Shown: piece after piece, positions 1 through 9,090 of the stretch
How positions within the stretch are numbered: the stretch's first letter is position 1
Layout of the letters: every line of letters begins with the position of its first letter
Assembly: GCA_965261595.1 (NCBI GenBank)
Contig: CBDHDG010000007.1
Coordinates: forward strand, 1,319,030 to 1,383,029
From: a bacterium
GTDB taxonomy: Bacteria; UBA8248; JACPRG01; G963555815
DNA length: 64,000 bases
Direction of reading: 5' to 3'
The notes under the pieces: model-generated
Database searches by the model: none
Told to the model about the DNA's origin: nothing
Seen by the model: the letters and a program-made list of their open reading frames with translations, nothing else
Translations under genes and position numbers: made by a program

Positions 1-13
1 CTTCACGTCGTCC

Positions 14-883
14 CTACAATTTCGTGTTGTCAAGACTGGATGCCAACTGGCTCAATCCTTCCGCCCACGAACATCGCAATAGCTTCTTGTCCACTACAGC
101 AAGAACGTGACCCCACTCGAAGTCTCCCTCGTTAGGAAATTTCTCTGTGTCAGCAGGTACGTTTATCAGTGCCAGATATTTTCCTAAAATTCCAACCGAC
201 ACCAGTAGACGTTCTTTTTCAGGTATGAGAACGACTACAGAACCCCTTATCCCATCACAAAACTTCCGAATGCATCGAAGTCGCCAATGCTTTTGAGAGG
301 GAGTCTCGTTTAGATAGTCGTCCGCTAGAGCCGTATATCCGTATTCGTCCAGTCTTCTTTCAACATCTTCTTGGTAAATATTCGCGAGATTCATCTGCAT
401 TATTTTACGTAGTTGGTGGTGGTCCACGTGATGTCGGAAGTGGTCACCGTAGACCAAATAGCCCGCGGTTAGAGCTACCTTGGCTGTAAAACGAATTGGC
501 AGATAGATGTCTAGGTGGGTAACGAATTGGATGTTCCCGGAACCCCATGTCAATTCGCACTCTTTGGCGTCCCACAACTTGAGGCCGTGCCTACGGTGAA
601 GATGTACTTGCGCTGGACGGGCCTCGTCGCCGTGACTCGCGTTCCTTGAAATTGCCCAAGGTTCTTTACCGCTGTGACCGCGTGCACCATATTCTGATCG
701 ACGCAACGCCACCAGGAAATCATTGGCTAGTGCGCCATCAAGCTCGCGTCCCAGCTGAGAATTGGATTCTCTGTCAACATCTATCGTCAATTCATTTGTT
801 CCGCCGAGAGATAGCGGTATGATGTGTTCGGGGTTGGATCGAACCTTAGGAATCTCACGATCTGTATATGGACAGTAAATCAA
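14..883 (-). CDS. HNH endonuclease domain protein (HNH_5-like), standalone
   Basis: N-terminal CPYT...EHIIPLSLGG...N motif typical of HNH nucleases; TTG start with GGAG upstream; visibly lower GC than the rest of the window. Confidence 0.7.
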   Translation of the reverse strand: MIYCPYTDREIPKVRSNPEHIIPLSLGGTNELTIDVDRESNSQLGRELDGALANDFLVALRRSEYGARGHSGKEPWAISRNASHGDEARPAQVHLHRRHGLKLWDAKECELTWGSGNIQFVTHLDIYLPIRFTAKVALTAGYLVYGDHFRHHVDHHQLRKIMQMNLANIYQEDVERRLDEYGYTALADDYLNETPSQKHWRLRCIRKFCDGIRGSVVVLIPEKERLLVSVGILGKYLALINVPADTEKFPNEGDFEWGHVLAVVDKKLLRCSWAEGLSQLASSLDNTKL

Positions 884-1658
884 GTTGCTTCACTCCAGAT
901 TTACAGGCACTTTCCGTATTTTTTACAATGCGAGAACTACACAATATCCCAAGATGTCCTAGACGGTTGAGCAGGCGCTATTGTATCCTACTGGCGAACT
1001 TGCCATGCGGTGCAGCCCGCAGAATGGCCTTTAGCGCTCGCTGCACAGCCTCAAGTGAACCGAGATTCCCCATGTGGATGCTTCCAGCGTCTTGAACATG
1101 TCTCGACATTGGCCACGTGGCAAGTCGCCGGGCCATTGCAGAGCATCATCGAGCCGATTCCATGCGACGAATGTCCGATCGCGGCGTTGGTTGGCGAAAC
1201 TGACGTTTGGGCTGTTTTCGAGACACATCGCGTCTCTTGTCTATATGGATGCGCGGTATCCCGTGCAACGCGACAATCACCGTGGGCTTGGCGCGCGCCT
1301 GACGGAGACAATTCGGTATCCGTCCACCTTGTGCAGCATAGCCAGCTAAGCCACCGTATTCATTCCACTCAAAGCGCATTGCGGGTTCCCGATCATCGAA
1401 CCTACCTCCACGATATCTTTGCCTCTTATGCAATCGCGCATCCAAGCGGCCAGTCGCCAAGCCCGCAACCCGGCAGCCACGCTGGGTTTTCTCCGCAGCA
1501 GGCCGGCAAGGCACCGCGCTTCCGTCATCGCATAGCAATCGGCCCGTTTCCATAGCGGGAGCGTGCATGGCGTCTTCGGTCGAAATCGGCGCACGAATTC
1601 CCCTTCACCGCCGCGGCGTGTCGCGAGGACCTCAGGAACGCGGTTTCATTCATCCCCT

Positions 1659-2132
1659 TCACGGCGCGCCTCCATTCATCAAAGCCCTCCGCGCAGTTCC
1701 TCGATCGCCAGGGCCCTGTGGTTCTCTCGCAGACATACTCCATGATCGGCATCGTCTCCAGCGCCCGGCCGTCCCCGGCCGGCAATTCACTTCCAGATGC
1801 GCCTCGACATAGCGCTCCGCCAGGTCGGCCACGGTCGGCTCAGGCGCGGGCTGCTCCGGAAACGCCTCCTCGCCCTTCTTCAGACGGTCGATGACCTCCG
1901 CGGCCACACGCCGCGCATCCTCGACCGTGATATCGACCTTCCGGCCGATCGCCACACGCTTCAGCGCGCCGCCCGGCGCCCGCGCGTGGACCACATAGAC
2001 CTTGCGCCCGCTGGCATGGATCCGCACACCGAACCCGGTGAGGTCGCAGTCGTAGAACACCCGGTCGCCGCGCTCGACCGCGAGCGCCTCGACCACGCGC
2101 CTGCTCAGCTTGAGAGTGCTCCTTCGAGGCAT
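1659..2132 (-). pseudogene. Truncated tyrosine integrase (arm-DNA-binding DUF4102-like N-terminus only)
   Basis: MPRRSTLKLSRRVVEAL..DRVFYDCDLTGFGVRIHASGRKVYVV..PTVADLAERY; similarity stops near 1770 and no catalytic domain is present. Confidence 0.8.
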
Positions 2133-2565
2133 GCGCCGCTCTCCCATCCTCCCGTGACCGAACGCACCGTCGCCCGGAGTTCCGCCGCCGACCCGTCCGG
2201 CCGCCGGGAATTCCGTGAACACCCAGATACCAAACGGTGTGCAATGCCAGTGTATGAGAGTCCATCCGTGACGCAAATGCAAGCCCTAAGTGGGCTTTCT
2301 CATACATCGTAACTTATTGTAAATGATAGTATTTGACCCCTCGTTGTAGCCCGGAAGCATCCGAACCTATCACTCCTTCAGGTTTCCATGATCTACGGCA
2401 CTCTTGTGCAATATACGGGGATTTCCACGTGCTCAAAAGTATCGTATCTATTTGTTATCACTTGTTATTCTCACCAACATCGCAACCGGATTTGATCAAT
2501 ATACAGGCATGACATGTCCGTGAAAGTCGTAATCATTCGGTTGTGCCGTGATGGGCGGGCTGACT

Positions 2566-3393
2566 TTAGCGGTTGAGAGTTCGTTTCCAATTTTTTCTGA
2601 GAGGGCGAAGCCAGATGTCCTTTTTCGGTTGGGCGCGTCTCGTGTACCTGTCGTAGCGCCCACGTCCCTGAGTGGTTCCGACGTGGATCCAGCCCGATGC
2701 CCTGTAGACGGCGCCAGTGTAGCGCAGGGTCTGGACGAAGGTCTCGATGGCACGGGGGTTCTGTTGTAGCGCCCGGCTCAGTCCTCGGGCAGGCGCTGGC
2801 GGACGATGGCGAGGATGAGCGAGCCCAGGTTGGGGATCGCGATCCAGGGCAGGATGAGGAAACTCGGGTTGTCGACCACGAGGGGGAGGTTCTTCTCGCG
2901 CAGTTGCGGCGTCCAACCGATGAAGCGGTCGCGTGGCGCGAGCTTCCACGCGGCGGTGTAAAGCCGAGCATGGCGACCGGTCGTGGACGGCGTAGCGCAT
3001 CTGGGTGCCGACGAGGGTTTTGTAGCCGAGATAGTGGTAGCGGGCGACGAACTCGTTCCACCGCTTGCCCTCGCGGGTGTCGCGGACGACGAGCCGCAGG
3101 TCGAGCGGGTGGACCTCGTCGAGGGTTGCCGGCGCCGGGATCAGCGGCGGTTCGATCTCCGGCCCGAAGACGATCGGGCCGGGCCGGTTCTGCCGCCACT
3201 TCGGCGGCGGCAGGGCGATCAGGCCGTCGGGCTTGAGCCAGCGGATGTTGAGCCAGCGGATGCGCCGACAGAACTCCTTCGACAGCGCATGGCGGTTCAA
3301 CGCCGGAGGGCCGCCGATCAGCGAGCACAGCAACCCCATCTCTTGCGTCGTGAAGTCACGGCCGTAATAGTGGCACTCGACCGCGCCGCTCAT
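2566..3393 (-). pseudogene. DUF4338-domain protein (IS-associated type), frameshifted
   Basis: YYGRDFT, WNEFVARYHYLGY, ETFV..YTGAVYRASGWIHVGTTQGRGRYD, KDIWLRPL motifs; the middle part is in another frame; 15-bp tandem duplication ttgagccagcggatg at 3233-3262. Confidence 0.75.
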
Positions 3394-3549
3394 CCCGGCG
3401 CCATGAGGGCGCGCCTGCGTTCCCCGCTCATCGACCACGGCAACCATGGCGATGGGTTGTCCGGTGTGGGGTTCGTATAGATCATTTCAATTCGTGCAGA
3501 TTCTGATCCATCACGTAGTTCTGGTCCCGGATTCGCTCCTTGGTCGGAT

Positions 3550-4734
3550 TGGAGTTGCCCCGTTTTTGTGGACACCTTCAGACTGTGCGGAGGAGGTGTT
3601 CAGATGCCGAAAACTCATTCACCCTACGCGCCGGAGTACCGGCGCCAGATGGTTGAGCTGGTTCGCTCGGGCCGTACGCCCGGGGAGCTGGCCCGGGAGT
3701 TCGAGTGTTCCGCTTCGGCGATTCGCAACTGGGTGCGCCAGGCCGACCGCGACGAGGGCCGTCGTGAGGACGGTCTGACAAGCTCAGATCTCGAGGAGCT
3801 ACGGCGGCTTCGTCGGGACAATCGCCAGCTTCGCGAAGAGCGGGAGGTCCTAAAAAAGCCGCGGTCTGGTTCGCACGGGAGACCGGCTCGGTGCCGGGGA
3901 GGTCTTCGGGCTCGTGAAGGCGAACCAGGCCTGTCATCGGGTGGCCACGATGTGCCGGGTGCTGGGTGTCTCCTCCAGCGGGTACTACACGTGGCGAAGC
4001 CGTGGGCGTTCCAATCGTGCGAAGCACGACGAGGCGTTGGGGGGCACGATACGGGCCATCCACGAGGCATCTGGCGGCACCTACGGGGCGCCTCGGGTCC
4101 ATGCCGAGCTGATGGCCGGCGGCTGCCGGGTGAGCCGCAAACGGGTGGCTCGTCTGATGCGCGAGGCGGGCTTGGCCGGGGTGAGCCGACGCCGAGGCAC
4201 GCGCACTACGCGGGTGGACCAGAGCCATTGTGTGGTCCCGGACCGGGTCGAACGCCAGTTCCAGGCCGATGCGCCGGATCGGCTTTGGGTGGCCGACGTG
4301 ACCTACGTGCCGACCTGGACGGGGTTCGTGTACCTGGCCATCGTGCTCGACGTGTTCAGCCGCCGGGTGGTGGGATGGCCCATGACCCACCATCTTCGCA
4401 CCGAACTGGTGCTCGGGGCGCTGAACATGGCGTTGGGACAGCGCCGCCCCGACGGGGTCGTACATCACTCCGACCAGGGCTCGCAGTACACCGCGCTTGC
4501 CTTTGGGAAGCGGTGCCGGGAGATGGGGGTGGTTCCGTCGACCGGGTCGGCCGGGGATTGCTTCGACAACGCCATGGCCGAGAGCTTGTTCGCCACGCTG
4601 GAGTGCGAGCTCATCGACCGGCGCTCGTTCCGTACCCAGGCCGAAGCGCGCATGGCGATCTTCCAATTCATCGAAGGCTGGTACAACCCACGCCGTCGTC
4701 ATTCGGCCCTGGGTTACCTCAGCCCCAACGACTA
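3550..4734 (+). mobile_element. IS3-family element, right end lost to the adjacent IS
   Basis: IRL TGGAGTTGCCCCGTTTTTGTGGACACC at 3550; orfA from 3604 (HTH, LKK slippery A-run); orfB from 3914 with DDE motifs WVADVTY, HHSDQGSQY, NAMAESLF. Confidence 0.9.
3604..4734 (+). pseudogene. IS3 transposase orfA/orfB (A-run one base short; 3' end clipped)
   Basis: The natural orfA tail AAVWFARETG sits one frame off at taaaaaagcc (about 3851); orfB is cut at YLSPNDY. Confidence 0.75.
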
Positions 4735-4800
4735 TGACCTGCCCGGCGTTTTTTGTACCATCAGAAGTGAGAGAGGATCTCACGAAGGAGGAAGCTGGAC

Positions 4801-5079
4801 ATGCCGGTCCGAAAGTACAAAGCAGAGCAGATTGTGACCTTGCTGCGGCAGATCGAAGTGCAGATGGCAAACGGGAAGACGGCTCCCGAAGCCTGCAAGG
4901 AAGCCGGCATCCACACCCAGACTTATTACCGCTGGCGGAAGGAATATGGAGGGCTGAAGCTGGATCAGGCGAAACGGCTGAAGGAGCTGGAGAAGGAAAA
5001 TACGCGGTTGAAGCGACTGGTGGCCGAGTTGTCGCTGGACAAGCAAGTGCTACGGGACGTAGCCCAGGGAAACTTCTGA
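4801..5079 (+). CDS. IS3/IS407 transposase OrfA
   Basis: TYYRWRKEYGGLKLDQAKRLKELEKENTRLKRLVAELSLDK; ends at a GGGAAAC slippery site. Confidence 0.9.
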   Translation: MPVRKYKAEQIVTLLRQIEVQMANGKTAPEACKEAGIHTQTYYRWRKEYGGLKLDQAKRLKELEKENTRLKRLVAELSLDKQVLRDVAQGNF

Positions 5080-5870
5080 GCCCTGAGCGGCGACGTTGCG
5101 CGGTGGAGTGTGCGCGGGGGAAGTATGGCCTGTCGGAACGGCGCGCCTGCCGGCTGCTGGGGCAATGGAGGGGAACACAACGATACCGGCCGATGGATCG
5201 GTTGGACGAGGATGAGCTGACACGAGCGGTGGTGGCTCTGGCGGCGCAGTACGGGCGGTACGGTTATCGACGAATCACGGCGTTGCTGCAGAGCTCGGGC
5301 TGGCCGGTGGGGAAGGATCGGGTGCAGCGAATCTGGCGGCGGGAAGGTTTGAAAGTGCCGCAGAAACAAAGGCCCCGAAGACGGCTCTGGCTGAACGGCG
5401 GTTCCTGTGTGCGACTGCGGCCGGAGCATCGGAACCACGTCTGGAGCTATGATTTTGTCAGCGCCAGAACGCACGATGGAAGAACGCTGCGGCTTCTGAC
5501 GCTGCTGGACGAGGTTACGAGGGAGTGCCTGGCCATCCGAGTCGAGCGGAGGATAGGCAGCCCAGCGTTCCTGGCCCGGGACTTGCGCCAGTGGCTGGGG
5601 AAGGTCGGAACCGGAACGTTATACATCGAACCCGGTAGTCCCTGGGACAATGGGTATTGTGAGAGTTTCAATGGGAAGCTGAGAGACGAATGCCTGAATG
5701 GTGAGATCTTCTATTCGTTGAAGGAGGCCCAGATTGTGATTGAGCCATGGCGGGAGGAATATAACACCCGGAGACCGCACTCGGCGCTGAATTATAGGCC
5801 CCCGGCGCCGGAGGTCTGCACTCCATTCCTTCCCCCCAAACCGGGTTCACAGCCTCAGGCTGTCATGTAA
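5076..5870 (+). pseudogene. IS3/IS407 transposase OrfB lacking the second catalytic Asp segment
   Basis: WSYDF and NGYCESFNGKLRDE are present, but RRIGS joins directly to PAFLA, so the IRSDNG region is missing. Confidence 0.8.
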
Positions 5871-5911
5871 ACTCTCTCCCAATAAAATGGTACAAAAAAT
5901 CGGTCTGGTCA

Positions 5912-6906
5912 CCCCCTCGGAACCCGCGAAACGAAGCTCTGGCCCGCAGAAACACCCGGCGATCGTTGCTCTCTGGTCGACCATTCTGCAGGTAATCGGC
6001 GATTGCTTCCCCGATTTGCTCGGTCAGGGGATACACACTGCGTCGTCCGCCCTTGAGCGTCACAGTCAGTGTTCCAGCCCTCCAGTCGACATCATTCAGT
6101 GTCAGGAAGGCGATCTCACTGGCACGCAGTCCAAGCCGGGCGAGCAGCAGCAAAATAGCGTAGTCGCGGCGTCCTACGGGCGTGCTGCGGTCCACGCTTG
6201 TCAGCATCTTCTGTACCTGGTCGGCTGCAATGCCTCGTGGAACCGATGTCATGGCCCAACCGGCGACGGTCGGGACCTGGTGAGCCAGGTCCGGCATCCT
6301 CGCGGCATGGGCATGCACATAACGCAGGAAAGCGCGTAACGAGCCGGTCACCGACTTCATGCTCCCCCGGCTGGTCAATCGGGCCGTCTCATGGCGCACA
6401 AACGCAATCAGATCGCCAGCGTTCAGCTGCGACAGCACCACCTCTCCGTTACCAAACCGGTGCTGGAGAAAATTGCGGGCTCGGATGACGTAATTCACGA
6501 TGGTGCCGTCGGCCAGATCACGCTGCTCGCGCAGATACTGCGCGTACTTTTGTACACAGCGTTCAGCCGGTGTCGGGGGACGGACGGGTTCCTCCGGGGA
6601 GATCACGCCCACGCATCGCAAGTAATCCATCAGATGCCTGAGAGAAGGCCGGGCGCTCAGTTGTTGAGAGCGCAGGCTCCTTGTCCGCAAGTATTGAGTT
6701 ACGTCTTCAGACGACAGGCTGGGCAGCTCGATTTGCTGCTGCTCAAGCCATTCGCTGAAAAGAACTATCCGTCGAAGCTGTTGATGGATCGTGTCGTGAG
6801 AATACTTCCGGGCGTTCAATGCTTCTGCAAGTCCCCTCAGCCACGGGACCAGCGGCCCGACTGGGCGTCGTTGCAAGACAAATTGGTCGTTGATCGGATA
6901 CCTCAT
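5912..6906 (-). pseudogene. RIT-element RitA-like tyrosine recombinase, C-terminally truncated by IS
   Basis: GPL..W N-terminus; GRRDYAILLLLARLGLRASEI and LKGGR motifs; HxxR and catalytic Tyr region replaced by the IS end at 5911. Confidence 0.8.
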
Positions 6907-6948
6907 AGCAGGCTCCTTTCCCCTCAGGGGTTGTTGTTGGAGCCTTTA

Positions 6949-7036
6949 CTATGTCGCGTAATTGGGGGCGCCGATGGCGTACTTCTGAAACCTTTTCAAT
7001 CAGATATCACCACGCATTCCTGATTACGCCACATAG
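6949..7036. repeat. Inverted repeat at the probable RIT element end
   Basis: CTATGTCGCGTAAT (6949-6962) and ATTACGCCACATAG (7023-7036) are 13/14 complementary; upstream of ritA. Confidence 0.6.
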
Positions 7037-7322
7037 GCCGGTTCGCGAAATAGTGGTGCAACTGGGGGCCGCCGCCGGGGACAGGGAACCGCGAGCCCTG
7101 GGGCGAGCGCATCGACATCAAGATGGCGTGAGTGTGGGACGGTGCGCCGTTTCCCGCCCTGTCCTCCACTTGGTCGGCATGTCCATTCACCGGCCGGTTT
7201 CCCGAACGCGCCGATCCCCGCCGCGAGACCGAGGCCGGGCGGCGGCCGGGCGAAGCGCGGGCGCGGAGGCGAGGCAGGCGCCATGCCCCGGCCCCGCGCG
7301 CCGTCCCAACGGAGGAACCGCC

Positions 7323-7565
7323 ATGACCGATACCAACATCACGGAGGAGCACCGACGGGCCTTCTCGGCCCTGACCAGCGGCGACTGTGAGAACCTCGCT
7401 CTCTTTTCCTGCTTCTGTGACGGCCGGCCCACGGCGGCCATCGCCGCGGTGACCGTCCACCCGCCGGCCCACGAAGACGGCGAGGCGGAATACCGCGTCA
7501 GCCCGCTGTTCATCGGCCTCACGCCGGACATGATATTAACCGACCATGACGGGCGCGAGGCATGA
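7323..7565 (+). CDS. Small conserved mobile-element protein (DUF6117-like)
   Basis: GGAGG RBS; F.AL..GD..NLALFSC..DGRPTAAI....V.PLF pattern; overlaps the next start (ATGA). Confidence 0.6.
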   Translation: MTDTNITEEHRRAFSALTSGDCENLALFSCFCDGRPTAAIAAVTVHPPAHEDGEAEYRVSPLFIGLTPDMILTDHDGREA

Positions 7566-8458
7566 GCGCCGACGTCATGCGCCGCCGGTCTCCGGCCGAT
7601 CCGGGCCGCATCCCGCACATTCCCTTGCCGCCGGAATGCCGGGAGATGATCCGGCGCGGCGCGCTCTTCGCCCTGAACCACAGCGGCGGCAAGGACAGCC
7701 AGGCGATGACGATCCTTCTCGCCCGGATCGTCCCCCGGCAAAACCTTCTGGCGGTTCACGCCCCGCTCGGCGAGGTGGAATGGCCTGGCACCATCGAGCA
7801 CATCGAGGCAACGATCCCGGGCGGCGTGCCCCTCGTTTTCGCGCCCGTCGCTTCCGGCAAGACGCTTCTCGACAGGATCGAGGAACGGGGCCGGTTCCCC
7901 TCGGCGTCCGTTCGCTGGTGCACTTCCGATTTCAAGAGATCGCCCATCGAACGCGAGCTACGGCGTTATCTCAAGGCCCATCCCCGCTTCGGCAGATGCG
8001 TCGTGAACTGCATGGGGCATCGCGCCGACGAAAGCGCCGCCCGCGCCGTGCGGGCCGCCTGGAGACGCAACGCCCGCAACAGCAAGGCGGGCCGGGAGTG
8101 GGTGGACTGGCTTCCGGTCCATGCCCTCTCGACCGCCGACGTGTTCCGGGTCATCCGCGACGCCGGCCAGTCGCCGCACTGGGCCTATGCGGCCGGCATG
8201 ACGCGGCTCTCTTGCAGCTTCTGCATCCTCGCGTCCCGCCAAGACTTCCGCACCGCGGCGCGGCTCCGTCCGGCGCTTTATCGCCGCTACGCCGCGCTCG
8301 AGCGGCGCATCGGCCACACGCTGTCGCCGTCGCGAATCCCCCTGCCCGAACTGACGGGCGTGCCGGCCGAGGCCGGGCAAACCCCCTTCGGAGGAGTCTC
8401 GCATGCCGCTCGATACCGCCGTGACCGAGCGCGCCGCCCGCATCCTGATCGAACGTGA
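7562..8458 (+). CDS. PAPS reductase-family (PP-loop) protein
   Basis: SGGKDS PP-loop, RWCTSDFKRSPI, G.RADES..R, RLSCSFC. Confidence 0.85.
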   Translation: MSADVMRRRSPADPGRIPHIPLPPECREMIRRGALFALNHSGGKDSQAMTILLARIVPRQNLLAVHAPLGEVEWPGTIEHIEATIPGGVPLVFAPVASGKTLLDRIEERGRFPSASVRWCTSDFKRSPIERELRRYLKAHPRFGRCVVNCMGHRADESAARAVRAAWRRNARNSKAGREWVDWLPVHALSTADVFRVIRDAGQSPHWAYAAGMTRLSCSFCILASRQDFRTAARLRPALYRRYAALERRIGHTLSPSRIPLPELTGVPAEAGQTPFGGVSHAARYRRDRARRPHPDRT

Positions 8459-8905
8459 TCCGGGTCCAGGTGACCGGCTCGACGCCTTTCTGCTGCTCAC
8501 CGGCCAGGAGTATCTGTGGCGCCGCCGAGACCGCCTCGGCGCCGACTTCGGCGAGGCGGTCCGCATGTACGAGCCGCGGCCGGCCGGCGCCTCCCGAGGC
8601 CCACGTCGCTCCCCTTCTTCGGCGCGGTCAAGCGGCGGCGCATCGAGCGTCGCCGGGAAGTCGCCGTCTGGCTCGCGGGCCGCTTCCTCGACTGGCTGTA
8701 CAGCCCCGATGGCCGGGGCCGCGCTTCCGACACGGACTGGCGTCCGGGCCCCAGCCTGTCGATTGGCCTGGAGCTGCCGTACGAAACGGCCCTGAAGGAG
8801 CCTCCCCGTTCGCTTCCCCATGCCGAGCGTCGCGTGACCGAGCTCGCCCTCGCGAACGTGGTCGACCCCGGCGTTGAGGGTGTCGCCCGTGAGCCGCACC
8901 GTTGA
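8403..8905 (+). pseudogene. Hypothetical protein, apparently frameshifted near 8590
   Basis: GGAG RBS; protein-like N-half in ORF 8403 continues in the C-half of ORF 8516-8905. Confidence 0.45.
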
Positions 8906-9090
8906 CGGCACGCCGGCGCCGGCGCCGCTTCCCCGCCGAGCCGACCTGCCGCCCGGCATCCTCCCGCAATCCGCCTCGCGGTCCCGCGTGCGCGCCCCCG
9001 CGAGGCCGAGCCGGGCCGGGGCCGGTCGCAGGCCGGACGGCCGGAGCGGCCGTTCCCCGCGCCATCCACTTTCATCCATGGGAGATACGC

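Larger units (their letters stand above)
4735..5911 (+). mobile_element. IS3-family (IS407-group-like) element with internal deletion
   Basis: IRL TGACCTGCCCGGCGTTTTTTGTACCA; IRR TGGTACAAAAAATCGGTCTGGTCA; no target duplication (flanks are two different truncated elements). Confidence 0.9.

Noticed and set aside
884..1660. Several short overlapping ORFs between the HNH gene and the integrase remnant
   Set aside because: No recognisable motifs or consistent RBS; probably decayed sequence
2566..3393. DUF4338 gene as Druantia DruA belonging with druE/druH
   Set aside because: It is 21 kb away, decayed and of the IS-associated type; type III Druantia does not include DruA
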